NCBI RefSeq assembly: GCF_006345805.1
Contig: NW_021835967.1
Span: 1 to 64,000, forward strand
Source of the DNA: Octopus sinensis
Taxonomy: Eukaryota
Reading direction: 5' to 3'
Length of the DNA stretch: 64,000 bases
The notes beneath the pieces are model-generated. The model ran no database searches, had not been told where the DNA came from, and worked only from the letters and a program-made list of their open reading frames with translations. Shown here one piece after another: positions 24,977 through 38,473 of this stretch. A program made the translations under genes and the position numbers. How positions within the stretch are numbered: position 1 is the first letter of the stretch; each line of letters opens with the position of its first letter.

Positions 24977-25330
24977 AAAAAAAAAAAAAAAGAAACAAAA
25001 TACAAAAATGGGACAACAAAACATCCAGACAGACGATACAAGAAAAACAAGGACGGGTCATTCGGAGTTTTCTCACTCTGTGCTTTCCATTCATTTTTGA
25101 TGAAATCTACAAGCTAACTTGGGACATCTTGACGACAAAATAACCTTCATTTAACTAAGGTATCCTCAGCCTGATGATTAGCTAGTGGAGTACCCTTCAT
25201 TGAGGAATTACTACTTCCATGGTTCTGCTTGCTGGGAAACATATGTAACTTGGATTTTACCTGCTCCGTTCCCTAAACTTACAACATTCTACATCAATAA
25301 ACCACTGTTGTTTCTGAAAGTTGTCTTTTA

Positions 25331-26125
25331 TACCTATTTCTTTATTACCCACAAGGGGCTAAACATAGAGGGGACAAACAAGGACAGACAAACGGATTAA
25401 GTCAATTATATCGACCCCAGTGCGTAACTGGTACTAATTTAATCGACCCCGAAAGGATTAAAAGCAAAGTCGACCTCGGTGGAATTTGAACTGAGAACGT
25501 AACGCTAGACGAAATACCTATTTCTTTATTACTCACAAGGGGCTAAACACAGAGAGGACAAACAAGGACAGACATAGGTATTAAGTCGATTACATCGACC
25601 CTAGTGCATAACTGGTACTTATTTAATCGACCCCGAAAGGACGAGAGGCGAAGTCGACCTCGGCGGAATTTGAACTCAGAACATAACAGCGGCAGGCAAA
25701 ATACCTATTTCTTTACTACCCAGAAGGGGCTAAACACAGAGAGGACAAACAAGGAAAGACAAATGGATTAAGTCGATTATATTGACCCCCAGTGCGTAAC
25801 TGGTACTTATTTAATCGACCCCGAAAGGATGAAAGGCAAAGTTGACCTCAGTGGAATTTGAACTCAGAACGTAACAGCGGCAGACGAAATACCTATTTCT
25901 TTACTACCCACAAGGGGTTAAACACAGAGGGGACAAACAAGGACAGACATAGGTATTAAGTCGATTATATCGACTCCAGTGCGTAACTGGTACTTATTTA
26001 ATCGACTCCGAAAGGATGAAAGGCAAAGTCGAACTCAGTGGAATCTGAACTTAGAACGAAGCGGCAGATGAAATACCGCTAAGCAGTTCGTCCAGCGTGC
26101 TAACGTTTCTGCCAGCTTGCCACCT
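25331..26125 (-). mobile_element. Family B SINE: head plus four tandem bodies
   Basis: Units start near 25332, 25515, 25702 and 25891. The head lies at 26075-26125. Confidence 0.85.
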
Positions 26126-26346
26126 TATATAATTACCTCCCCCAATGCCCCCACCCCTTGTCTTTTATACCTTCTATGGACTGCTCAAAGCTCATCAACA
26201 TCCTGCTTCTGGATACTTGGATCTCACCTGTATGTATAATTACCTCACCCCCCCAATGCCCTCTCCTCTTGCAAAAGATTTTCGTAATACAACTTACTTG
26301 GTGACCCTGTCAGTGCAGGTGCCACTTAAGAAGCATCCAGTCCACA

Positions 26347-26460
26347 CTGGACCCCTTCCATACCAGTATCCGCCAGCAAGTTGTCGATATAGGTCGTCTT
26401 CCTCCTTCCTCTCCTGGTTCTTCCTTCTGTTGGTTGCCAGAGCACTAGCCTGTTAGCAAT
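26347..26460 (-). pseudogene. RTE LINE ORF2 C-terminal fragment
   Basis: Manual translation IANRLVLWQPTEGRTRRGRRKTTYIDNLLADTGMEGVQ matches the RTE-type LLLWxPxxG.R..GRP..TYID motif. Confidence 0.65.
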
Positions 26461-26894
26461 TTATTGCACGGAAAATTTAACAACAAAATCCTATGTGGAC
26501 CCTGAAGGGCTATTTGGATCCCAGTTGAGAATCACTGGGCTAGAGTGGGCCTGAGGAGGTATTTATGGCAACCAGTCCATGGAGTTTGGACAGGAGAGTA
26601 TAAAGTCCTTGTTTTGACCCCTCTTTCTTTTGCTCACCTTGTACAATGATGGTCTACCCAGATATCTCTTCCCAGCTTCAAGATGTGTGAGTGTGTGTAC
26701 ACATACTCACATATCATCATCATCATCATTGTTTAACGTCTGTTTTCCATGTTGGCATGGGTCGGACAGTTTGACATGGAGGTGGCCAGCTGGAAGCTGT
26801 CCAGACTCCAACTGTCTCTCATGGCACGGGTTCTATGGCTGTGGATGCCCTTCCTAACGTCAACCACTTAACAGAGTGTGGTGGGTGCTTCTTA

Positions 26895-27982
26895 TTTCTT
26901 TACTGCCCGCAAGGGGCTACACACAGAGGAGACAAACAAGAACAGACAAACGGATTAAGTCGATTACATCGACCCCAGTGCATAACTGGTACTTAATTTA
27001 TCGACCCCGAAAGGATGAAAGGCAAAGTCGACCTAAGCGGAATTTGAACTCAGAACGTAACGACAGACGAAATACCTATTTCTTTACTACCCACAAGGGG
27101 CTAAACACAGAGGAGACAAACAAGGACAGACAAACGGATTAAGTCGATTACATCGACCCCAGTGCATAACTGGTACTTAATTTATCGACCCCGAAAGGAT
27201 GAAAGGCAAAGTCGACCTAAGCGGAATTTGAACTCAGAACGTAGCGGCAGACGAAATACCTATTTCTTTACTACCCACAAGGGGCTAAACACAGAGGAGA
27301 CAAACAAGGACAGACAAACGGATTAAGTCGATTACATCGACCCCAGTGCATAACTGGTACTTAATTTATCGACCCCGAAAGGATGAAAGGCAAAGTCGAC
27401 CTAAGCGGAATTTGAACTCAGAACGTAACGACAGACGAAATACCTATTTCTTTACTACCCACAAGGGGCTAAACACAGAGGAGACAAACAAGGACAGACA
27501 AACGGATTAAGTCGATTACATCGACCCCAGTGCATAACTGGTACTTAATTTATCGACCCCGAAAGGATGAAAGGCAAAGTCGACCTAAGCGGAATTTGAA
27601 CTCAGAACGTAACGACAGACGAAATACCTATTTCTTTACTACCCACAAGGGGCTAAACACAGAGGGGACAAACAAGGACAGACATAGGTATTAAGTCGAT
27701 TACATCGACCCCAGTGCATAACTGGCACTTAATTTATCGACCCCGAAAGGATGAAAGGCAAAGTCGACCTCGGCGGAATTTGAACTCAGAACGTAACGAC
27801 AGACGAAATACCTATTTCTTTATTACCCACAAGGGGCTAAACACAGAGGGGACAAACAAGGACAGACATAGGTATTAAGTCGATTACATCGACCCCAGTG
27901 CGTAACTGGTACTTAATTTATCGACCCTGAAAGGATGAAAGGCAAAGTCGACCTCGGCGGAATTTGAACTCAGAACGTAGCC
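26895..27982 (-). mobile_element. Headless family B SINE hexamer (184-bp units) inserted into a family D element, 11-bp TSD
   Basis: Units at 26895, 27079, 27263, 27447, 27631 and 27815 (last one truncated). TSD GGTGCTTCTTA at 26884-26894 and 27986-27996. Confidence 0.85.
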
Positions 27983-28124
27983 TTTGGTGCTTCTTACGTG
28001 CCACCAGCATGCGTGTGTTTATGCAGCCCTGGAACAGCTGCTTTTTAAGTGGCACAGGCCCCTGAAAGGGCCATTCTGTATGTGTGCAACACAGTGATTT
28101 TAGTTAGCTTGATGCATCTTATCA

Positions 28125-28200
28125 AGTACTGCAAATCATCTCCTGGTCCCTTATCATTTCCTCAGTGAGGCCCAGCATTCCGAAGATCCTTTCTCATCAC
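28125..28200 (-). pseudogene. RTE LINE ORF2 extreme C-terminal remnant
   Basis: Minus strand encodes WDEVMRKDLR then, after a frameshift, MLGLTEEMIRD. Confidence 0.5.
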
Positions 28201-28219
28201 TTCATCCCATATACTCACG

Positions 28220-29845
28220 CATATTGTTGTGGCACTCTGTCGGTTATGGCAACGAGGGTTCCAGTTGATCCGATCAACGGAACAGCCTGGTCGTGAAATT
28301 AAGGTGCAAGTGGCTGAGCACTCCACAGACATGTGTACCCTTAACCCTTTCATTACTGTATTTCTGTTGAGATGCTCTGTGTTTCTTTCAATTACTTTAA
28401 ATATAACAAAGAATTTAGTAAAATAACTTAGTTATCATTAAGCTAATGTTAGGAACATAAATTGTGATTAAGGTTTGGTGGAAGATTTTAATTCAAAACT
28501 TATGAAAACAATACATTTGTACTACAGAGCCAGAGGTGGTTTCAACCAGGTTGGTATCGAAAGGGTTAAGAATTGTTTCTCTATTATATATTTTAACCCT
28601 CTTGTTACCATATTTCTGTTGAGATGCTCTGTGTTTCTTTCAATTATTTTAAATATAACAAAGAATTTAGTAAAATAACTTAGTTACCATTCAGCTAGTG
28701 TTAGGAACATAAATTGTGACTAAGGTTTGGTGAAAAATTTTAATTCAAAACTTATGAAAACAAGACATTTGCACGACAGAGCCAGAGGTGGTTTCAACCA
28801 GGTTGGTATCGAAAGGGTTAAGAATTGTTTCTCTATTATATATTTTAACCCTCTTGTTACCATATTTCTGTTGAGATGCTCTGAGTTTCTTTCAATTAAT
28901 TTTAAATATAACAAAGAATTTAGTAAAATAACTTAGTTATCATTCAGCTAGTATTAGAAACATAAATTGTGACTAAGGTTTGGTGGAAGATTTTAATTCA
29001 AAACTTATGAAAAAAAGACATTTGCACGACAGAGCCAGAGGTGGTTTCAACCAGGCTGGTATCGAAAGGGTTAAGAATTGTTTCTCTATTATATATTTTA
29101 ACCCTCTTGTTACCATATTTCTGTTGAGATGCTCTGAGTTTCTTTCAATTAATTTTAAATATAACAAAGAATTTAGTAAAATAACTTAGTTATCATTCAG
29201 CTAGTGTTAGAAACATAAATTGTGACTAAGGTTTGGTGGAAGATTTTAATTCAAGACTTATGAAAACAAGACATTTGCACGACAGAGCCAGAGGTGGTTT
29301 CAACCAGGTTGGTATCAAAAGGGTTAAGAATTGTTTCTCTATTATATATTTTAACCCTCTTGTTACCATTCTTCTGTTGAGATGTTCTGAGTTTCTTTCA
29401 ATTAATTTTAAATATAACAAAGAATTTAGTAAAATAACTTAGTTATCATTCAGCTGGTGTTAGGAACATAAATTGTGACTAAGATTTAGTGGAAGATTTT
29501 AATTCAGAACTTTTGAAAACAAGACATTTGTACTCAGAGCCAGAGCCAGTTTCAGCAGGGTTGGTAACAAAAGGGTTTACGTAGTTCTCAGGGAGATTCA
29601 GCATGACACAGAGTGTGACAAGGCTGGCCCTTTGAAATACAGGTACAATAGAAACAGGAAGAAAGAGTGAGAGAAAGTTGTGGTGAAAGAGTACAGCAGG
29701 GTTCACCACCACCCCCTGCCAGAACCTCGTGGAGCTTTAGGTGTTTCTGCTCAATAAACACTCACAACGCACAGTCCAGGAATTGAAACCGCGATCCTAT
29801 GACTGTGAGTCTGCTGCCCTAACCACTGGGCTATTGCGCCTCCAC
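28220..29845 (-). mobile_element. Family C SINE split by the piggyBac-like array
   Basis: GTGTACCC|TTAA at 28333-28344 continues as TTTA|CGTAGTTCTC at 29576-29589. Confidence 0.8.
28345..29575. mobile_element. Array of five piggyBac-like MITEs (~221 bp) separated by TTAA + 23-bp spacer + TTAA (252-253 bp period)
   Basis: Each copy starts CCCT and ends AGGG with imperfect 12-bp TIRs and is inserted at TTAA. The spacer GAATTGTTTCTCTATTATATATT occurs four times. Confidence 0.8.
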
Positions 29846-30182
29846 ACATACACATATACATATTTTTATGTCACCTTCTCTTTACATTGTGTAATAGTCG
29901 TTAATTAGTGTCTTCGTTATTAAGTGATGTTCTTTGTTTCTAATCTTCTGTGAGAAATATGAAGATGCATGGCTCAGTGGTTAGAGGGTCGGACTCACAA
30001 TCATGAGGTAGCGAGTTCAATTCTCGGTTCGGGCTGTGTGTTGTGTTTTTGAGCATGACACTTTATTTCACGTTACTCCAGTTTACTCAGCTGTAGAAAT
30101 AAGTTGCAGCATCACTTGTGTATTCTTTTATATATAGACAATCACATATATGTGTGTGTGTGTATATATATATGTATATATG

Positions 30183-30572
30183 TAGGAGTGGCTGTGTGGT
30201 AAGTAGCTTGTTTACAAACCACATGGTTCTGGGTTCAGTCCCACTGCATGGCACCTTGGGCAAGTGTCTCCTGCTATAGCCTCGGGCCGACCAAAGCCTT
30301 GTGAGTGGATTTGGTAGACGGAAACTGAAAGAAGCCCGTTGTATATATGTATATATATGTATGCGTGTTTGTGTTTCTGTGTTTGTCCCCCTAGCATTGC
30401 TTGGCAACCGATGCTGGTGTGTTTATGTCCCCGTCACTTAGCGGTTTGGCAAAAGAGACCGGTAGAATAAGTACTGGGCTTACAAAAGAATAAGTCCTGG
30501 AGTTGATTTCCTCGACTAAAGGCGGTGCTCCAGTATGGCCACAGCCAAATGACTGAAACAAAAGAGTAAAGA
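30183..30572 (+). mobile_element. Family A SINE
   Basis: Match to the family consensus. Confidence 0.85.
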
Positions 30573-30638
30573 GTATATATATGGCTTTTCATATATGTAT
30601 ATATATACATACATACAAGCATATACATACCTCAAGGA

Positions 30639-32650
30639 TGGATGGATGGAAGCACTCCGTCGGTTACGACGACGAGGGTTCCGGTGATCTGAATCAACGG
30701 AACAGCCTGCTCGTGAAATTAACGTGTAAGTGGCTGAGCACTCCACAGACAGACACGTGCACCCTTAACGTAGTTCTCGGGGATATTCAGTGACACAGAG
30801 AGTGACAAAGCCGGCCCCTTGAAATACAGGTACAACAGACAAAAAAAACAGGAAGTAAGAGTGAAAGAAAGTTGTAGTGAAAGAGTACAGCAGGGATCAC
30901 CACCATCCCCTGCCGGAGCCTCGGATGGAAGCACTCAGTCAGTCGGTACGACGACGAGGGTTCCGGTTGATCCGAATCAACGAACAGCCTGCTCGTGAAA
31001 TTAACGTGTAAGTGGCTGAGCACTCCACAGACACGTGCACCCTTAACGTAGTTCTCGGGGATATTCAGCGGTGACACAGAGAGTGACAAGGCCGGCCCTT
31101 GAAATACAGGTACAACAGAAACAGGAAGTAAGAGTGAGAGAAAGTTGTGGTGAAGAGTACAGCAGGGATCACCACCATCCCCTGCCGGAGCCTCGGATGG
31201 AAGCACTCATCGGTTACGACGACGAGGGTTCCGGTTGATCCGAATCACGGAACAGCCTGCTCGTGAAAAACGTGTAGGTGGCTGAGCACTCCACAGACAC
31301 GTGTACCCTTAACGTAGTTCTCGGGGATATTCAGCGTGACACAGAGAGTGTAAAGGCCGGCCCCTTTGAAATACAGGTACAACAGAAACAGGAAGTAAGA
31401 GTGAGAGAAAGTTGTGGTGAAAGAGTACAGCAGGGATCACCACCATCCCCTGCCGGAGCCTCGGATGGAAGCACTCCGTCGGTTACGACGACGAGGGTTC
31501 CGGTTGATCTGATCAACGAACAGCCTGCTCGTAAATTAACGTGTAAGTGGCTGAGCACTCCACAGACACGTGCACCCTTAACGTAGTTCTCGGGGATATT
31601 CAGCGTGACACAGAGAGTGACAAGGCCGGCCCCTTGAAAATACAGGTACAACAGCGAGAGAAAGTTGTGGTGAAAGAGTACAGCAGGGATCACCACCATC
31701 CCCTGCCGGAGCCTCGGATGGAAGCACTCAGTCGGTTACGACGATGAGGGTTCCGGTTGATCCGAATCAACGGAACAGCCTGCTCGTGAAATTAACGTGT
31801 AGGTGGCTGAGCACTCCACAGACACGTGCACCCTTAACGTAGTTCTCGGGGGATATTCCGCGTGACACAGAGAGTGACAAGGCCGGCCCTTTGAAATACA
31901 GGTACAACAGAAACAGGCAGTAAGAGTGAGAGAAAGTTGTGGTGAAAGAGTACAGCAGGGATCACCACCATCCCCTGCCGGAGCCTCGGATGGAAGCACT
32001 CAGTCGGTTACGACGACGAGGGTTCCGGTTGATCCGAATCACGGAAAACAACAGCCTGCTCGTGAAATTAACGTGTAGGTGGCTGAGCACTCCACAGACA
32101 CGTGTACCCTTAACGTAGTTTCTCGGGGATATTCAGCGTGACACAGAGAGTGACAAAGCCGGACCTTTGAAATACAGGTACAACAGAAACAGGAAGCAAG
32201 AGTGAGAGAAAGTTGTGGTGAAAGAGTACAGCAGGGGATCACCACCATCCCCTGCCGGAGCCTCGGATGGAAGCACTCAGTCGGTTACGACGACGAGGGT
32301 TCCGGTTGATCCGAATCAACGGAACAGCCCTGCTCGTGAAATTAACGTGTAAGTGGCTGAGCACTCTCACAGACACGTGTACCCTTACGTAGTTCTCGGG
32401 GGATATTCCCGTGACACAGAGAGTGACAAGGCCGGCCCCTTGAAATACAGTACAACAAAAACAGGAAGTAAGAGTGAGAGAAAGTTGTGTGAAAGAGTAC
32501 AGCAGGGATCACCACCATCCCCTGCCGGAGCCTCGTGGAGCTTTAGGTGTTTTCGCTCAATAACACTCTCAACGCCCGGTCTGGGAATCGAAACCGCGAT
32601 CCTATGACCGCGAGTCCGCTGCCCTAACCACTGGGCCATTGCGCCTCCAC
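30639..32650 (-). mobile_element. Family C SINE heptamer: one tRNA head plus seven body/tail units (~250-280 bp), 14-bp TSD
   Basis: The junction GGAGCCTCG|GATGGAAGCACTC is repeated six times. TSD ACATACCTCAAGGA at 30625-30638 and 32649-32662. Confidence 0.85.
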
Positions 32651-32679
32651 ATACCTCAAGGAGAGTGAACTCTCTCTAT

Positions 32680-33166
32680 AACTATCCTTTCAACTTAGAG
32701 ACATTTTTTCCAAAGTTGACCGTCTCTCTATCTTTTAATCTCTCTCCTCGCTCTCTCTCAATCTCTCTCCCTCTCTCTCTCAATCTCTCTCCCTCTCTCA
32801 ATCTCTCTCGCTCTCTCCTAATCTCTATCTCTCAGTCTCTCTCCCTCTCTCTCAATCTCTATCTCTCTCTCCCTCTCTCTCCCTCTCTCTCAATCTCTCT
32901 CTCCCTCTCTCTCTCAATCTCTCTCTCTCAATCTCTCTCCCTCTCTCAATCTCTCTCGCTCTCTCCTAATCTCTATCTCTCAGTCTCTCTCCCTCTCTCT
33001 CAATCTCTATCTCTCTCTCCCTCTCTCTCCCTCTCTCTCTCAATCTCTCTCTCTCAATCTCTCTCCCTCTCTCAATCTCTCTCGCTCTCTCCTAATCTCT
33101 ATCTCTCAGTCTCTCTCCCTCTCTCTCAATCTCTATCTCTCTCTCCCTCTCTCTCCCTCTCTCTCA

Positions 33167-33199
<33 letters not shown>

Positions 33200-33230
33200 A
33201 GTCTATCAATCTCTCTCTCTCTCTCTCTCT
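32680..33230. repeat. (CT)n tract with periodic CAAT/CCT interruptions and higher-order duplication
   Basis: Direct inspection. Confidence 0.9.
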
Positions 33231-33686
33231 CCCTCTGACGAAAGGACAACCCTGTAACATCAGCATTGAACTCAGAACGTAAAGGGCTGCTACTAAATAC
33301 GGAGGGCATTTCTGACATTCTAAAACATTCCATTTCCACATCCATGGAGGCACATGTGGTTACTATTTCTAGCACGGCGATCGACCACGCGGGAGACTCC
33401 CTCCCCCCACTTCGATAGCATGTATTTTGAGGAGAGCAATGGAAGAGATAAAGAGAATGAACGAAGACGGGGGGGGATAGAGAGAAAAGAGAAGGAATAA
33501 GGGAAGTATGACAGTCTTGCAGCAGAAAGTGAAGGAAAAAATCACGTGATGCACCACTCTCCGAATTCTCGCAGAACGCGAGAACTGGAAATTTCGTCTG
33601 CCAATATCGCGCTTTCGTCACGTGATTAACGAATTTCCGGTGCCGATCGGAAAATTCCGCCGAACTCTCGCACAACGCGAGAAGTT

Positions 33687-34642
33687 GGATCTTTTCGGTT
33701 TGAACGGCAGTTTTTTGAAATAATTTCTGGGGAACTAAAAAATTTTAAACTTCGTATACTGGTAGAATGTGTTTATAAAACATCTTTTTCTCTTGGCTTT
33801 ATTGAGAAAATTCTATATTTGTAAGAATATTTGTTGTTTTTTTTTCTTCAATTTCTGCATTTCAACCAATCAATGACGTCTATTGAGGTACAAAACATTC
33901 TGTGCCGTATGAATATGTCCCTCGTTTAAAAAAAACAGATTGGGTTTATTTGCATTTCTGAAGAAAAAAAGATACCCTTCCCCCCACCCTAACCCAAAAC
34001 AGATTGAAATGCAATAGATCGATACTAGGGTCATAATTATGGGTGACAATTTCATATGACACCACTAGAAAAATTCTGCCGTTCAAACCGAAAAGATCCA
34101 GTTTTTTTTACTTCAATTTCTGCAATTTCAACCAATCAATGACGTCTATTGAGGTAAAAACATTCTGTGCCGTATGAATATGTCCCTCGTTTAAAAAAAA
34201 CAGGATTGGGTTTATTTGCATTTCTGAAGAAAAAAAGATACCCTTCCCCCCACCACTAACCCTAAAACAGATTGAAATGCAATAGATCGATACTAGGGTC
34301 ATAATTATGGGTGACAATTTCATATGACACCGCTAGAAAAATTCTGCCGTTCAAACCGAAAAGATCCAGTTTTTTTTACTTCAATTTCTGCAATTTCAAC
34401 CAATCAATGACGTCTATTGAGGTAAAAAAACATTCTGTGCCGTATGAATATGTCCCTCGTTTAAGAAACAGATTGGGTTTATTTAAATTTGTGAAGAAAA
34501 AAAAAGATACCCTTCCCCCCACCCCAAACCCTAACCCTAAAACAGATTGAAATGCAATAGATCGATACTAGGGTCATAATTATGGGTGACAATTTCATAT
34601 GACACCGCTAGAAAAAAATGCCGTTCAAACCCAAAAAGATCC
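33687..34642. mobile_element. TIR MITE (GG termini, 8-bp TSD; Merlin-like by inference) with a triplicated ~267-bp right end
   Basis: Left TIR GGATCTTTTCGGTTTGAACGGCAG at 33687. Right TIR copies end near 34098, 34367 and 34642. TSD GAGAAGTT (33679-33686) and GAGAACTT (34643-34650). Confidence 0.65.
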
Positions 34643-34989
34643 GAGAACTTGAGGTTTGCAGGCAACAGATCGTCTGTCAATCTCTCAATTTTTATCACGT
34701 GATAAAGAATTCCGTCGCCGATCGGGAAATTCCGCCGAAAGCAACGAACCACGAAATTAAGAAGTGTATAATATACACTCACTTTTGAATTGGTGCATCT
34801 GTATAAATACGTGCGCGTATCATTTATGCGTGTATATAAATTTGTGTGTAGGGGGTGATTGGGTTTCTATACAGGCTTATAATGCCGTATGTATACAGAA
34901 GTGTGCATATAGTTTATTGAACATATATCGTATTTGCACAGTTCTGTTTTAGAATGTTCACATATATGCATGCACGTATGTATACGCAC

Positions 34990-35880
<891 letters not shown>

Positions 35881-36645
35881 AATTTGTATTGTCTCCCTGG
35901 TTTTTTATGTGCTAAGCCACTTGGTGTTAAACTGATGGTATTATTAAATTAATATCTAATTTTTCACCCTCATTTATGAATATATATATATATCGTGTTA
36001 CATCGTCCGTTTTTCCGTCCTTGTTTCGTATACATTCGATACTTTTTCCAAGGGATCTAATGCTCTTAGCTTAGTTTTTCCTTGGGTCTGGCCAGATTGG
36101 AGCAATCTAAAGATTAATCAGCCGAAATTGCGAGGATGATCCGGTTCTTGACTGAAGATTAAAGGCTTCGAATGACCCGTCCGTGTTTTTTGTATCATCT
36201 ATTTGGATGTTTTGCATTCTTGTCCCATTTTGTATTATATATATATATATATATGCTCACGCGCATATGTATACGTGCACGTATGCCCGACTCTGTGTGT
36301 GTGTGTGCGTATCAATATATAAACACATACGCACAATTTATATATACATATACAAATATATTTATACACATGTATGTATGTATGCACACATGCAGACGAC
36401 ACAGTATATATATAAAATATGGGTACCAACATATTTTCGTTCAGCTAACTGTACGAAAATATATATTTTATTATATATTCTATTCATTTCAGTGAACATT
36501 AGCGGTTTTTACTACATATATACATTCACTACGACTCTCTATACCCCGTATACAAACTGGACTACATATACTTTCAACACACACACGGAAGCAATCATGC
36601 TTCCTCTAAACACAAACACTACACGAAGGAGTTTATATTGAGCGG

Positions 36646-36860
36646 TGGTAATATATGCATAGCAGTGGTAATATATGCATAGCAGTGGTAATATATGCAT
36701 AGCAGGGGTAATATATGCATAGCAGGGGTAATATATGCATAGCAGTGGTAATATATGCATGGCAGGGGTAATATATGCATAGCAGGGGTAATATATGCAT
36801 AGCAGAAGTAATATATGCATGGCAGAGGTAATGTATGCATGGCAAGGGTAGTGCATGTAT
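36646..36860. repeat. 20-bp minisatellite, ~10 units
   Basis: Unit GTAATATATGCATAGCAGKG, decaying to the right. Confidence 0.9.
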
Positions 36861-37014
36861 AGTAGAGAGAATATATGCACGGTAGAGGCGATGGTGGGGT
36901 GGTGGTGGTATGATAAATGGACGGAAGTGGGCAGCGAGGCGCATCTGAAATTATTGCACTTGATTGATGTGAACAACATAACTGGTAAACTGAGCACGTT
37001 AGTGTGTGAAATGT

Positions 37015-37111
37015 ATCTATCTATCGATCTATCTATCTATCTATCTATCTATCTGTCTTTCTGTCTATCTTTCTATCTATCTACATATGTTTGCCTGCCT
37101 GTCTGTCTGTT

Positions 37112-37163
<52 letters not shown>

Positions 37164-37211
37164 CCTATCTATCTACCTCTCTATCTATCTTTCTGTCTAT
37201 CTGTCTGTCTA

Positions 37212-37280
<69 letters not shown>

Positions 37281-37337
37281 GTCTATTTATCTAGCTATCT
37301 CTCTGTCTGTCGGTCTATCTATCTGTCTGTCTGTCTC

Positions 37338-37400
<63 letters not shown>

Positions 37401-37690
37401 GTCTATCTATCTGTCTGTCTGTCTGTTTATCTATCTATCTTTCTGTCTATCTATCTATCTGTCTGTCTGTCTGTTTATCTATCTATCTGTCTGTCTGTCT
37501 ATCTATCTGTCTATCTATCTATCTATCTTTCTGTCTATGTCTGTCTATCTAGCTATCTATCTGTCTATCTATCTATCTGTCGGTCTATCTATCTATCTTT
37601 CTGTCTGTCTATCTGTCTGTCTATCTCTCTGTCTGTCGGTCTATCTATCTGTCTATCTGTATATCTCAATATCTGTCTATCTATCTATTT
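37015..37690. repeat. (TCTA)n/(TCTG)n microsatellite
   Basis: Direct inspection. Confidence 0.95.
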
Positions 37691-37865
37691 GTCTTTTGTT
37701 TCAGTCATTTGACTGAGACCATGCTGGAGCACAGCCTTGGAGCATTTTATTTTGTTTGCAAAGCCTGGTACTCATTGTATCAGTCGCTTGTGTTGAACTG
37801 CTAAGTTAAAGGAACATAAACACACCAACACTGTTGGTGAAGCGATTGTGGGAACAAACACACAC

Positions 37866-37898
<33 letters not shown>

Positions 37899-38067
37899 CG
37901 ATGGGCTTCTTTCAGTTTCCATCTACCAAATCCACTCACAAGGCTTTGGTCAGCTCAGGGCTATAGCAGAAGACACTTGCCCAAGGTTCCACACAGTGGG
38001 ACTGAACCCAGAACCATGTGGTTTGTAAGCAAGCTACTTACCTCACAGCCACTCCTACGCCTATATT

Positions 38068-38473
38068 ATACTCTTTACTCTTTTACTTGTTTCAGTCATT
38101 TGACTGCGGCCATGCTGGAGCACCGCCTTTAATCGAGCAATTCGAACCCGGGACTTATTCTTTGTAAGCCCAGTACTTATTCTATTGGTCTCTTTTGCCG
38201 AACCGCTAAGTAACAGGGACATAAACGCATCAGCATCGCTTGTCAAGCAATGCTAGGGGGACAAACACAAACATACATGCACACATATATAAACATATAT
38301 ATACATATATACGACGGGCTTCTTTCAGTTTCCGTCTACCAAATCCACTCACAAGGCTTTGGTCGGCCCGAGGCTATAGTAGAAGACACTTGCCCAAGGT
38401 GCCACGCAGTGGGACTGAACCCGGAACCATGTGGTTGGTAAGCAAGCTACTCACCACACAGCCACTCCTACAC
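38068..38473 (-). mobile_element. Family A SINE, full length; an older copy is adjacent at 37693-38062
   Basis: Match to the family consensus. Confidence 0.9.

Noticed and set aside
28475-29442. Repeated 64-69 aa ORFs
   Set aside because: They are incidental ORFs within MITE units with no transposase similarity.
32575-32650. tRNA gene-like sequences (also at ~1700-1770 and in the family A and B heads)
   Set aside because: They are SINE heads with A/B boxes continuing into SINE bodies, without a complete cloverleaf.
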